A DNA stretch of 64,000 nucleotides from Anolis carolinensis (GCF_035594765.1 NC_085844.1:37153923-37217922), one strand, 5' to 3'. Counted from the first letter of the stretch, positions 25,535 to 39,067 are shown. The notes: generated by a model from the letters alone, not told the origin. A program made the numbers and translations.

Positions 25535-27091
25535 TATTTAGAATTGTCAGCCAGATATCTCACCAATCTATAAAACCTAGAATTCCACAGAATGCAACAA
25601 TATAATTAAAGGGGACTCAAAGTGATATAATTTTACATCATCAAAGAGCTCTGGTAAAAGAAGAATATATTAATTATGTTGCGATGAGTTTTATTTTCAG
25701 TGAAGTTAGAGATTGATATCTCTGTTGATATGCTGCAGCTGATATTACTAGAAGCTGCTAATAAATCAGAGTCTTCTCACAGATCTTTGGGTAGTTTGCA
25801 GTATTTTGCAGGAAAGATCAGCAAGGATTTTTGATTCTAATTTATTTAAAAATAGCTACCAGCCCCCTCCCTCTTTTAAGAATGAGGCTGCTGAATTCAA
25901 GAAAGACTGCGGGGGAAAAGGAGTAATTTTGTCTTAGGCATTTTGTTTTATAATTCTCTGTCTGCTTTCTTGAGCCACTGTTTTCTATCAAGATTTGGTT
26001 GATGGACCTTGGCACTGTAGCAAGAAAGAAAGTAGATCCCAGAAGCCTTAAGTCTGCCACCTTGATTCAACCCACTGGTTTAAAATTAACTTCTATCTTG
26101 CTAGGGTTGACTTCTGATAAAAGGGTGTTTTCAGATTTCCTAGGGAGATATGAATTGCATCATGTCCAGTGACATACTATTGGCACATAGCAGACAGTAT
26201 TCTGTGTCTAAAATGGAAAGAAGCTTGTTGAAAGCATGCTAATATCCACATACATCTCTGCTGCTTGCTGCTTTAGGAATGCAGTGGAAAGGGAAGCATA
26301 TGTAGTTTACAAAAACTGAATTTATTCCAGATGTTAACTATGCAACCAAGATTTGTATATACAAAAAGTGTTTTCCCATTGCCTATATTTAATTTCCACT
26401 TGAAAATGGGGACTTTCTAAAAGCATTCTCCCATGTGTGCCAAAATAAATCAGATGTTTTAAATCAAGAATCACATGTCTAGAAAATGAGCTCCACCCAC
26501 ATATGCTTGCATTCATTTATAAATGTTTATTTGTTAAGGTAGAAGGAAGCACTCAAATTTTGTTAGCTGAAGCAGTTCCTACACATTTAAGTCTGCCTTA
26601 CTCAAATAGTGGACACACTGAACATACTTTGAGCAAGTAGAATACTATATTGGGAAACAGCTTTTCCTAGAAGTGTGCCTAAAGTCAAATCCAATATGTG
26701 AGATAGTCAACTAATACAAACCTCAGTATATATGGAGGCTCACTTTCCCTGGTATAAGGTATGTTTTCCCATTTGTGGTCTAACAAAGCAGACAGCAGCA
26801 CAGTGCTGGAGAAAAGCCCTGGTCCATCCTTATCAGAGTTTGCAGAAACAGACAGGAGAACCTGGGGGAGCAGCAGTGAAAGCCCACTGATTTCTCACTT
26901 TCAGCTTCCCTGGAGATCCCCCTCTTTTCATCAAGACCCCTTCCTTGAAATGTCAGAGTCAAATCAGAAACTTAGCGACCATCCATACTTTAGAATTATA
27001 ACAGTTTGATACTCCATGGCTCCATCCTAAGGAATCCTGGTGTTTGTACTTTTCTGTGGTATCAGAGCTCTCTGACAGAGAAGAACAAATA

Positions 27092-27359
27092 CTGTATTTC
27101 ACTATGTGATAATTGCTCTTTTTATCCCCTTTTCTGCCAAAAAAGGGTGTGTGATACTACTATGCGGTGAAAAAAAATCCAGCTGGCTCCCAGGGGTCAG
27201 GCATATGGGCAAATTGCACTCTTCATTCACTCACCCAGCCAGGTGCGTGGGTGAGTGAATGAAGGGTGTGACTATTATACAGTATATACCAATTTTGCCT
27301 CCCAAAAATTGGGGTGTGAGACTATGACTCAGTGGCAACTATTATGCAAGGAAATGTGG
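27092..27359. mobile_element. Tc1/pogo-like MITE with internal perfect hairpin
   Basis: TA-CTGTATTTC ... CTATTATGCAAGGAAATGTGG-TA; ends related to 36182-36810. Confidence 0.7.
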
Positions 27360-30195
27360 TATAATAAGATATAAATTTACTATAATTCTGCAGTGTGGAT
27401 TCATCTCAAGGTCACATCCACCATGATTTCTTAATCCAAGGCCAGTCCAGTCCAGAGCATTATAGTCCAGACTGACCCCAGATTGACTGTGATCATTGCC
27501 ACACACAACAGGTGTTTTGTCCACGATGTTGTACCAGTCCAGATTATCCAGTTGGACTCAGACCACATGGGTCCCATGGCCTATCATCTTGTCCTCTATG
27601 TCAGCTATGGGGTCACTCCACCCCTTCTTTATTGATCTCACTATAATGATCTCAGCAGATGCACTCATGTTGACCAGGCAGGGAGCTATGTGGTTGGCAA
27701 GGCGTGATGGTGGTGACCTGAGAATGGCCCTTAGCCTTCCAATCACTGATCAGGACAGGGAAAATATAAGAGTGGTATGCATGTGGACAATGACTTAGAT
27801 TAAAATGGACCCAATCCCATTGTCCAGATCTGGAGTTTAATGAAAACTTTGGATTATTCTCCAATTTAGATTTAGGCAAACTGAAACTGCTGAAACCTCT
27901 TCTATCTTGGGTGGTTTCCTTCATTAACAACACTAGCCATCTTCATCACACTTCATTGACACATGGCCCATTTTCCCTTTGTGAAATGAACATAAGCCGA
28001 AGTGCACTTCCATTTTTGAAAAAATAAGCTTTAAAATATAAAGGGGTGGGATTAGAAGGACAATCCTTGAGGCTTTCAGAAATTAACCCTTTTTTGATAG
28101 AGGAGTCTGCCACACTCTGGCCTATTTATTCTACTATGTGAAAACTAATAGAGGGAATTAGGAATGAATGTCAGCTCCTCCATCACATGCCCAGTTGCTT
28201 GTTAGGCCAGCCTCTACTCTTCCTGAGGTGACTGTCTCCTTGAGTGAACAGGACAGCTTTGAGAGTGACTTGGGAACAAAGCCAAGATGGTGGAGAAGTA
28301 AGCCTCCTCCCTATATCACCACTGGCAGCATTCAGATGGCTATTTTGTATTTAAAAATAAATCCTAGCAATCTGTAGTTCAAAGGAGGGAATGCAAGCCC
28401 TCTAGCATTGCTTTCAAAGCTCAGTGACTGAAAACAGGAGGGTGGGGGGAGAGAGGAAGGATGGGAGTTTGAAGCATGTCTTAAAACAGAAAGGTGCAAA
28501 ATAAGAAGTTAGTGATTTCTAATCCCTCAGTCGCAAAGAAGTCGAAGTCTAAGAAGCACAGAAACTAAAAAGCCTGAGAGCAAAAGGCTTTCCTTTAAAA
28601 AAAAAAAGAGAGAAGAGGTTGACAGGAGACCAGCAGGGTAGGACCTGAGGGAACAACTAAGCAAATAGTTAGATAGGAGGTCTGCAAGTTAAGCAGGACT
28701 AAACCGGAGCATTGCTTTGAAGGTCAGCCATGCAATTTCATATGTAATACTAGATTTAATGGGCATCCAGGGCAGAAACCAAAGTGTAAGAGTGATGTGC
28801 TAAGAAAACCTAATACTGAGACAATTGAGAGCACTGGCTGCAGCACTCTGAACTGAGGGAAATTGATACAGAAACCTATCCGAGAAGCAGCTTTAGAAAA
28901 TTAGATTCTGTAGCATAATATCCTATTGGTAAGTACAGGCAGCTAGCACGTTATCAGTCTTCAGGGGCCAGGAGCATTTAAAAACAAACAGCATTTCCTT
29001 GCCTGTTACGGTGCATACGTACTTAGTATCCCATTCATGTCTGCATCATAGGGCTTTGAATTCGCCATACTGAATACCACAGTCAGGAGCAGGTTTTTGA
29101 GATGTTAAACTTCAATAAATGTCTTTCACTTATTAGGATGGTCTGTCTAATTAAACATAGTAGGTCATTTCAGTTTATGACACTTTGCACCTTCCAGTGT
29201 TTCTAGGTTGAATTCCCAAATATTGATTTGATGTGTACCACCCTGAAATCCCAAGACATTGGGTGAGGTATAAATATTTAATAAATAATACAAATTATAT
29301 TTATTCACCATCAGAATAATAATGTGCATTTGGAAATCATTAGTATATGCCCCAAGCATTTGACCTACACCTAGCTCCAAATCCTGATTTTGTCCTGTCT
29401 GGAAAATGGTGATAGTTATAACAGAATGTCTATCTGTTCAAGTCATATCCTAATGGGTTTCTTTCTGTGTCAGTTTTTCCTCTGATGAGATTATTTTGTG
29501 TCTAGATATAAATAAATACATCTGCTTGAGATCCCATCTTCCCTTTCATTAACATCACTGATAATAATGTATTTGTCCTTCAAAATTGTTCAAATAGGAT
29601 CATCCAGCTTCAGATATTAAATGCTGGCTACTCTGATTATTTTCTTTCAATCATAAATGAAATTACTCCCAGCTCTTTCTGTCTTGACACCCTTTGTAAA
29701 ATTCCTGGCAGTGAAAGGGATGATGGATTAAGAGATACTTGAATCACTTGCATACCCTGTAATTAGCACATGGAGTAAAGAACTTACTGAAAACAATAAT
29801 TCCTTGGTCATTTGTCTTTATTTTTGCTTCCAAGCCAACATATTTTCCTTATGATTTCATTAGCAGTTTCTGTAAATGAGCTTTGAGCTTGTCAGAACCA
29901 GGTTCAAGTATTTTAGAAAATTACTTATTCTCTGATTTGTTACAGTTTGTTAAAACAAAGAGATCTTTTGTTTGAAAAGAAAAAGAAAAAAACCCTTAAA
30001 TTCATAGGCACCTCTTTGTTTCAAGACAATGGTTTGATTGTTTATGGGGAAGATACGAACATTTTATATTTTTGGGAAACAGTAAAACTCTATTTGGGAA
30101 TTGGAAAAGTAGCTATGAAGGAATCAGGTAAAACCGTGGATTGTGAAAATATATTATTAAATATCTAAGTCAGAGTCATACATGGCATCTTATTT

Positions 30196-30440
30196 CTAGT
30201 TTTCATGCATGGTTCTGAAAGTTGGACAGTGGAAAAAATTAACTAATCTGAATTGTGGTGCTGGAAGAGAGTTCTGTGGATGCTATGGACTGCCAAAAAA
30301 GACAAATAAGTGGTTCTGAGAATAACCCAACCTGAACTCTCCTTAGAAGCCAAAACGACTAGACTAAGATTGTACTTTGGACACATCAAAAGATGACATG
30401 ATTAATTAGAAAACACAATGTCTAGTAAAGTGGAAAAGAA
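30196..30440 (+). mobile_element. Old BovB-like RTE fragment
   Basis: HGSESWTV..ELWCWKRVLWMLWTAKK..PELSLEAKTTRLRL.YFGHI with frameshifts. Confidence 0.75.
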
Positions 30441-30539
30441 CTAGCCCACATTGCCAACCACAGAATAAAAGAACTGGAAGTGGCCTCATGGACTATTGGG
30501 TCTAAACTCCTGCTCAGTGCAATATCTCTAGCTAAAGCA

Positions 30540-31440
30540 TCTCAGCAGACTCCTGTCTGGCCTATTTTTGAAAACATCCAGGGAAGGAGACTCCATTACT
30601 TTTCCAGGCAATGGGTTCTCTCAACATCAGAAGTTCCTTCAAATGTTCAATTGAAATGTATCCTCCTGTAACTTAAAACCTTTACATTTGTTTCTACCAC
30701 TTGGGCCTTGTGATTTGAAGGGTGGGTTGCTGACCTGAAGGCTGCCAGGTTTGAATCCAACCCAGGGAGAGCGTGGATGAGTTCCCTCTATCTGCTCCAG
30801 CTCCATGAGGGGACATGAGAGAAGCCTCCCACAAGGATGGTAAAAACATAAAAACATCTGAGCATCCCCTGGGCAATGTCCTTCCAGACGGCTAATTCTC
30901 TCACACCAGAAGCAACTTGCAGTTTCTTAAGTCGTGCCTGACATGAAACAGAGAATAGGCCTGCCACCTTCTCTCTATAACAGCCCTTCAGTCATTTAGA
31001 GTAAAAACATGTCATATCCCATCTTTTCTTCACCAAGTTGAAAGACCTCAGGTCTTTCAATATTTAGTCATATGTTTTGCTCTCCATACGTCTTACAATC
31101 CTTGCTGCCCTTCTTTTAACCTTCTTCAACTTGTCTGTCCTTCTTAAAATGAAACCCCACAAAACAGAATACAGTACTTCAGGTGAGGCCTGGCCAGAGC
31201 AGAATATATTGGGACTATTACTTCTCTTGACTTGGAAACAATGTTTTTATTAATGCAAGAGAATTAACATTCTTTGCTACAGCATTACATTGCTGGCTCG
31301 TATTCAGATCCTGTTCATATATACTGTCACTGAGCAATATGTGCCCCATCTTATATCTTCGCATTTGATGCCTATAGCCTAAATGTAGAATTTTGCATGT
31401 CCTATTCAATTTCATGTTCTTAGTATATCCCAATGTTGTA
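30540..31440 (-). mobile_element. Old CR1 LINE 3' fragment interrupted by a SINE
   Basis: Collinear with the young CR1 at 35441-36078; minus ORF KLNRTCKILHLG...SQQCNAVAKN; interrupted at 30703-30948. Confidence 0.75.
30703..30948 (+). mobile_element. tRNA-derived lizard SINE (not Sauria-type 3' end)
   Basis: B-box-like GGTTTGAATCC; body ...CCAGAAGCAACTTGCAGTTTCTTAAGTCGTGCCTGACATGAAA; sits inside the CR1. Confidence 0.7.
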
Positions 31441-31538
31441 GTGTATTGGTTCTTTTGGATTATGTTGCTATCTTCCAATGTGTTTATAATCTACAAACTT
31501 GATAGGGAGTCAGTCCTTCCACTCCATCTTTTAAGTCT

Positions 31539-31661
31539 GGCTGGATGTACACTGCCATATAATCCACTTTCAGAATCTAGATTCTCTGATTAACTGGATT
31601 ATATGAGTCTAAGCCATTTCTGGATTCAGAAACTGGGTTATATGGCAGTGTAGATGGGGCC
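31539..31661. mobile_element. Short palindromic Harbinger-like MITE
   Basis: GGCTGGATGTACACTGCCATATAA ... TTATATGGCAGTGTAGATGGGGCC; relatives at 38981-39067 and 59596-59803. Confidence 0.7.
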
Positions 31662-32046
31662 TCTGTTTATACCTTTCTGGATAATTTGTGATAAAGCACT
31701 CCAGATCTGCTCTGATGCAGCCTGGGAGTATCCCTGGAGCACTTTTGCTATCCACATAACAGGCCAGGCTGAAGGTACATTGGAGCTGCCACTTCTACCA
31801 CAACATTGCTGCCAGCAACCAGTGCCCTCCTAGAGGCTTGCTGGTGATGTCTCAGTTCCGATCAGATGGGTGGGTACCTAGGTGTGACATAATCAGAAAT
31901 GTGTTACCACCAGTACACCTCTGCCAGGGAGCTGGTTGCTGGCAGCTACATAGCTGCTGGTCTGTTGGTCTTCGGTAGAGTAGATTGGGCCAATTTGACC
32001 CCCATTTGGCTAGCCACATCTCTGAAACCTTGGAATCTCTCCAGAG

Positions 32047-32180
32047 CAGTGGTTCTCAACCCGTGGGGTCCCAGGTGTTTTGGCCTACAACTCCTGAAAT
32101 ACCGGCCAATCTACCAGCTGTTAGGATTTCTGGAAGTTGAAGGCCAAAATATTGGGGGACCCACAGGTTGAGAACTACTG
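32047..32180. mobile_element. hAT (Charlie-like) MITE
   Basis: TIR CAGTGGTTCTCAACC / GGTTGAGAACTACTG; 8-bp TSD CTCCAGAG / CTCCAGAC. Confidence 0.9.
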
Positions 32181-32984
32181 CTCCAGACCTTCCACAAAGC
32201 TCTGGAGTAAATCTCATGTTCCCTTGCCCATTATTAACATGGATGTAGTGCTTCTGCTGTGAATCCAACAGTGCATTGTGTGGACTCTCCACACCAGCTG
32301 AGCCATGAGTCCACTTTAAACATGGCCTAAGTAATTGATTAAAATATTGAAGAGGAATGGTTATTGAACAGAACCCCAAGGCACACTGTTTCTTACAGTG
32401 TAATTGCTGATGCTTGATGATGATTCTAGAATTTCTTTGACTATATCTTTTTATATAACAACAAAAGCATAATTTGATCTCTAGAGAGAAACACAGGACT
32501 ATATCTTTCCTTATCTTCTGAATGTATGATGTCATTCATATATTTGTATTTCCCTGTGCTGCCTTTGCAAATAAAAATATAATAAACACAATGTGTGATG
32601 CACTGGCCATTTTTCGGGGTTTGTCATAATCAATTACCCTTCAGTTCATCTTGGCTCCAGATTGTGGACTTATAACACAAAGCCTATTCCCTTTGCTTAA
32701 AAAAGAAATCAAAAACTGCACTTTTTAGTCAAACAAACACCAACACATGGGTAGGGTTTGAGCCTGTATGCACCCTCTTATATTTTTGTAAGCAACAGAG
32801 GAATCTGGTGCCATAGAGGTGCTGCAGTGGTTCCTAGCAAGATACAAGCCATACCAAGGCATATGAATTGCCTATGTTTTAAAAAGAAAACTCATGGCTG
32901 CATGGTCTTTTTACTGTAATTGAGAGGAAGTGGATTTTGTAATATTAATATTGAAAAATGAATCTACTTCATCACTGTTGTTGC

Positions 32985-33960
32985 TGATGTCTATTTATAT
33001 CCCATTTCCCCCAGAACTAGAAGGTGATTTACAGCAGTTAGAACAAGTATAAATGAAAACACAAAAGCAGGCAAACTATTATTTGAAATGTAATTAAACT
33101 ACATAATCAAAACCATTAAAAACATTGAGAGACAAGAACAATAAAACAGCATGTTATTAAAGCCCTGGCAGCCAGCTTTTAAAAGCGTTTTGGTTGATGA
33201 ACAGAAAGCAAGGAGTCCAAAACCTTGGGAGCAAAGGCCATCTCTTGAAGTCTCAGAAGACCTATCTGTAAAGATGGCAGCATGCAAAGGTCTTCTCCAA
33301 AGATGGGATTAGGCAGGTTCATATAGGAAAATATGGTTCTTCAATTAACCCACAGCTGGTTATTGCACGTATGTTGAGGTATGTCTGGATTGATAACCAT
33401 CAGAGCAGTTATAACAAGGAACTTGTGTGTTCTCTGCAAACAGACCCAGTTAACAGTCTTGACTGCAGCCTTCAGAACTAGATGAAATGCCAAGCATCCA
33501 TTGAAGTCAGAGCCACAAAGGACAAATTACAATACTTGAAACAGTATGCAATTAAAGTGTGTATCATAGTGTAAAGATCCGACAATTTCAGGAACAGTTA
33601 TACTTGTGACACACTAATTTTAACTGTGCAAATTCATGTTTGGCCAGCCATGAAACTTGTGCATCCAGGTTGAGTTCCAGGTTCAGGAGCGTACCCAAAA
33701 CACAACATGGTGTCTTCATAGTGAGTTTAACTAGATAAAACATAGTTTGCTCCTATTCCCTGACCTGCCCAGGAGCACCTTCTGTAATATTGGAATTAAG
33801 CTTTAATTTGGGATCCTACATATATTCTATTGCTGATGCCAGGTTTTGGTTTGGAGCTAATAGCTTTCTTGGATTTAGGAAGGAAGAAATAAGAGTTCTT
33901 GAACATGAACCAAACAAAATTCTCACCCATCTCCCCTTTTGACAACATTCCTTGTTGTCA
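32985..33960 (-). mobile_element. Very old L2 LINE fragment
   Basis: L2-type terminus TATTTATATCCCA...GGTGATTTACA followed by patchy ORF2-like sequence. Confidence 0.4.
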
Positions 33961-35073
33961 GTAAAGGTTTCAAGTAGACTGTAGCATTTAGGTTCAAATA
34001 AAAACAATCTGACTTTATTAGTTACATTACCAGTTTAACAATTTAATGCCCATGAACTATAAAAATTCAAATTATACTGATTTGACTGTGTGTGGGTATA
34101 AGCATGACCATCCATAAATGGCTTAATGAATGCTTGTTATTTTTAAACATAATTAAGTACAAGAAAACAATTTGGCATGACAATAAAATCATAATTGGCT
34201 CATTACTTGTAACCCTTTCATTCTTTTCCAATTATGAGGGATTAATTGGTCAATGACAAAAATATGGCCCAGTGTATAAAGGTATGCTGAATGCAGTTAT
34301 ATACCCTGTATATGTGTTCATGCTTTCACCTTAATAAGGTTTCGGATTGACTATTAGAGAAGGAGAGACACTCTAATGAACAGTCTCATGGGCTGACAAG
34401 CTATAAAAGGGAAAATGATAGACAAGTTGATACAAAATGCTGGTTGAAATGGGATGATATCAAATTTGTGAGATTGGCAGCTTTAAAAGCAGAATCTAAT
34501 GCAAAGACCAGGCAGAAAGGAATAAAAATATTGATGGTACCATTTATAGTTTATTCCAGTTTATTCCTGACTGAGGTAAAGTCTCTTATTGGCACTTCTT
34601 TCTGCAAAAAGGCAAAGTCCCTCAGATGTAATGGGTAGACCTTTACAGAACGTCAAATAGCTTCACACAACATTTTTCAAACGCTTATCTTTAAAGTTTT
34701 TGCTGGATCTTGGAAGACTGATGAAGGGGATTGTTTCACAGAAGGATGCCTAGTTTGTACTGACGTCAAACCTGGCCTCCTCACAAGGTTACAACATTTG
34801 ATGAAAAAGATTTCATAAACCTCTTTTCTGTGGAAATAAATGCCATTGTTGGTCTGTAGATTCTAGCTTGCCTTTTTCTGACATTATATAAAGAAAAAAA
34901 GATGTAGATCTCATTGAAAGATATTTTAAAATTTTACAAAATAAATTGCAGAGTATAATATAAGTTGATTGTGGTGGGAGGAATGGTTCATTGACATTGC
35001 ATTCATTAAGTTAAGAGTTCCCTTTCAGTACTAATAATATCTAGTAATTATAATGTGTTCCCTTCCCTTCATA

Positions 35074-35150
35074 TTTATTTATTTGTTTATTTATTGCATC
35101 ATTTATATCCCGCCCTTCTCAACCATCAGGGGACTCAGGGCGGCTTACAA
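35074..35150 (-). mobile_element. L2 3' terminal fragment
   Basis: (TTTA)n then TTTATATCCCGCCCTTCTC...GGGGACTCAGGGCGGCTTACA. Confidence 0.75.
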
Positions 35151-35392
35151 TATAAATTACATATATCAGACAGGTGGGATTGTTTCATATGTCACCTTTT
35201 CTATGTTGATGGGAATGAAGCAGAGGTTATCCTAAATGCCATACTGGATAATCTGGTGGTCCCACACCATCTTTGGCAAGTATGGCCTAAGCCATGATGA
35301 GTGGGAGAAAGCAAAAAACATATTCAGATATAACTTTTCATCTATTTCCCTACTCACACACACAAATGCTATACATACCAACATACAGTCTG

Positions 35393-35421
<29 letters not shown>
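35393..35421. repeat. (AC)n microsatellite
   Basis: Read directly. Confidence 0.95.
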
Positions 35422-35423
<2 letters not shown>

Positions 35424-35440
35424 CAAATTACCCTACATGT

Positions 35441-36078
35441 AGAATCATAGAATCATAGAATAGTAGAGTTGGAAGAGACCTCATGGGCCATCTAGTCCAA
35501 CCCCCCGCTAAGAAGCAGGAAATCGCATTCAAAGCACCCCCGACAGATGGCCATCCAGCCTCTGCTTAAAAGCCTCCAAAGAAGGAGCCACCACCACGGC
35601 CCGGGGGAGAGAGTTCCACTGCCAAACAGCTCTCACAGTGAGGAAGTTCTTCCTGATGTTCAGGTGGAATCTCCTTTCCTGTAGTTTGAAGCCATTGTTC
35701 CGTGTCCTAGTCTGCAGGGCAGCAGAAAATAAGCTTGCTCCCTCCTCCCTATGACTTCCCCTCACGTATTTGTACATGGCTATCATGTCTCCTCTCAGCC
35801 TTCTCTTCTGCAGGCTAAACATGCCCAGCTCTTTAAGCCGCTCCTCATAGGGCTTGTTCTCCAGACCCTTAATCATTTTAGTCGCCCTCCTCTGGACGCT
35901 TTCCAGCTTGTCAACATCTCCCTTCATCTGTGGTGCTCAAAATTGGACACAGTATTCCAGGTGTGGTCTGACCAAGGCAGAATAGAGGGGGAGCATGACT
36001 TCCCTGGATCTAGACGCTATTCCCCTATTGATGCAGGCCAAAATCCCATTGGCTTTTTTAGCTGCCGCATCACATTGT
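35441..36078 (-). mobile_element. Young CR1 LINE, 5'-truncated
   Basis: Open C-terminal ORF2 segment LESVQRRATKMIKGLE...FKQRLDGHLSGVL (35529-35927); (ATTCTATG)n tail. Confidence 0.95.
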
Positions 36079-36181
36079 GGAGGAGGTGGGAACAATGCTC
36101 AGAACATCTTGGGCAAAGGTATAAAACTTTTTGGATTACCAGTCACACTGGTTGATTCTTAGAACTACAAATTAAAAAGTA

Positions 36182-36810
36182 CCATATTTCATTGCATAAT
36201 AGCTACACACACCCTTTTTCAAAAGAAAAGAAAAAGGGGGGGGGGGCTTGCGACTATTACATGAGGAAAAACTGCCTTTATTCTCTGGTTTCTGTTGTTG
36301 TTTTCAAATAAAATGCCATACCTCTGAAAGGGGAGGAGGAGGAGAGATGATCCAGCCCCAGACAAACAACTCTGTTTCTGTTTGTGAGCCATTTGGACTG
36401 ATATCCCCGTCTTTCCTTCATTCTTGAAGGCAAGAATGCTCAAGAACTATAAAATGAAGGTCTCTGATGCTCCATTGTGCTCTCCTTTCTTCTTCCTCCA
36501 TGGCAGTTTCTGAAACCTGTAATAGAAGTCTCTGGAACTTGGAATGTCCCTCCTTTCACCAAAGAACTCCAGGTTTTGTAGACTGCCTTGTTTTGGAAGA
36601 GAGAAAAGGGAGGAGATAAGAGTAAAGCTTCAGAGACCTCAATTTTATAGTTTTTAAATTGCCTTGCCTTTGGAGAAAGAAGAAAGAAAGGGGAAATCAG
36701 CCTGAAATAAGGGTGCAACTATTATGCAAGGAAAACAAAAATTCGAATTTTGCACCCGAAAATGGGGTGTGACTGATATGTGGTGGCAACTATTATGTGA
36801 TGAAATACAG
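36182..36810. mobile_element. Tc1/pogo-like non-autonomous element
   Basis: TIR CCATATTTCATTGCATAATAG / CTATTATGTGATGAAATACAG with TA on both sides. Confidence 0.7.
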
Positions 36811-37639
36811 TACCTTTTCCCACCCCTGCACTACCAATAGCTGCAAAATAGATGTGACAACCTTTTGAAAGGGAGAGTTAATCCTTCCATGGTCCATCTC
36901 AATCCTTTCTGTACTACAATTAGGAATTTAAAATAAAACTTATATTGGCTTCTATAGGAAACTTAATTTAAGCCCCAGTGCTCTGAGGAGGCAGAAAGAA
37001 GGAGGCTGCAACCCAGTTCCTCACAATGCACCAGTTCTCCAACTCTGGAGTAAAATGATGTATCCGAAAATTGTATGTAATGTCTTACTGTTCCTAAGCC
37101 ATATATGTTCTGAAAGCTTGTAGGAGACTTTCAAATATAGGTAATTATGATAAAATAGGTCAACAGATTTTCGTGCATAGGAGTTTGTATGTTTTTGCAT
37201 CTATGCAGTAACACGTGAAGAGTCTCTCAAGTAGATTAATACAATGGTTCATTGCACTGTGTGATTTAATCCTGTAATTACTATTGACCATATGGTAACA
37301 AACCCTGTTCTTGTTAATGTTTGGGCTTGCATCTTGCAGATTAATTGTGTGATCACAGCAACAGTTTAACTGGCATTCAGCAGCTCAACTGCAATGTTGA
37401 ACTTTAAAATAAGCAAATGTTCAGATACATTGGAAACTACCTTAACCCATGGGTCCACCTATCCCTATCTTATCTATTCTGCCTGGCAGAAATGTTTTTG
37501 GATTTGAATTTAGAAATCTTTCTATCACCTGGTGCCTAGAAATGAATGTAGAACATTTTATGTGGTGCATGTATACCCTACTGAACACTGGAAAATCCAA
37601 ATTTGGATTGAAGGTATATTGCACAGCTGAGCACCCATC

Positions 37640-37935
37640 AAATTGCTTACTGCCCCAAATCTTGGTCCCATAACCAGGTTTTTACTTTTTTTCCCTAAAG
37701 GCCAGGAAGGAGGGGATGATCTAATTTTGTTGGGCAGGGAGTTCCATAGCCGAGGAGCCACCACTGAGAAGGTCCTGTCTCTTGTCCCCACCAGTCGCGC
37801 TTGTGAAGGGGCTGGGGTCGAGAGCAGGGCCTCCCCAGATGATCTTAAACTCCGATATGTTTCAAAGAGGGAGATACGTTCAGATAGGTAAGCTGTGCTG
37901 GAACAGTTTAGGGCTTTGTAGGCTAAAACAGCACT
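37640..37935 (-). mobile_element. L2 LINE ORF2 C-terminal fragment
   Basis: VLAYKALN...RSLRSSGEALL...GTRDRTFSVVAPRLWNSLP. Confidence 0.9.
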
Positions 37936-38290
37936 AATGGGAGCACCATACAGGGAGAGATCAACTCCCATGCTGTGGCAACTTCACTGGCTTTCACTTT
38001 GCTACCAGGAGAAATTTAAAGTGCTGGTTGTCATCTTTAAAGCCCTAAATGGTTTGGTTTCAAACTACCTGGTTAAAAGCATCTCCTTATATGAGCTTGC
38101 CTGAGCATTGCATACATCAGGGGAGGCCCTCCTCTCAGTCCCACCCCCATCTCAAATCCGGCTGGTGGGAACAAGAGAGAGGGCCTTCTCTGTAGTTGCC
38201 CACCACCTCTGGAATTCTCTCCCAAGAATGGCGCCATCACTGTCCTCCTTTAGGAAGTGAATAAAAACTTTCCTATGTAAGGCATATGGA
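37934..38290 (+). mobile_element. L2 LINE ORF2 C-terminal fragment (second, inverted)
   Basis: TPMLWQLHWL..FKVLVVIFKALNG..SGEALLSVP..GTRERAFSVVAHHLWNSLP with stops. Confidence 0.88.
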
Positions 38291-38980
38291 GATATGAATG
38301 TTAAAAGATTTGGCACTATGAAATAAGGAATGGACACTGACAATTCTTAATGGCAAATTTGAGGATCTCTAGGATATTCCCATAACAACTAACATAGAAG
38401 CATAGTGCTATAATTGTGTGGTTGAAAGGTCTCTAAGGAACAACCTTCACAGGCCACATACCTTGGAGCTAATCTGGAGTGAGAAACTCCAGATCTATGG
38501 CAAGGGGTCCTCACAGCCAGCTATAGTACCAGGTCGGCAGCCGTCCATATTGTGTTACACCAAAGTGACCCAGAAGCTGAAGGAGCCCGCATGGCCCCAT
38601 GGTTTTTAATCCTTACAATTCCCTTCATGTCCTCACTAAGCAGTGACCACCAGGCATGAAATTTCTTATAGTCATTTGATTGACACTTCTACGGAGACTG
38701 GTTGGAGTTCCAGAGCAACACAGGGGAGGAGAGAAGTAAAAAGAATGATAACGATCCTCCCTTCTGTTATTGTTCTGACAGTTCTGACTCAGAAACAGCT
38801 CAATTGTTTGCACTGCCACAAATCATGGGCAAGTTCTGGAGCTTCTTTAAAGGTCACATTAAATAGCCTTAGGTGAATGGTTGCTATGCATCATGTGGAT
38901 ACCATGGAGTCCATTCACTAATGCTCTTCCTCATTTGACCTGTGCAGAAGGACCCTAAATGTCCTTGACTCCCCTTTTTT

Positions 38981-39067
38981 AGGATGGATCTAGATTTCCA
39001 TACAATCCAGTTCAATGCAGTTAATCTGCATTCTGAAACTGCATTATATGGCAGTCTAGATCCAGCT
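38981..39067. mobile_element. Short palindromic MITE
   Basis: GGATCTAGATTTCCATACAATCCAGTT / AACTGCATTATATGGCAGTCTAGATCC. Confidence 0.65.
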
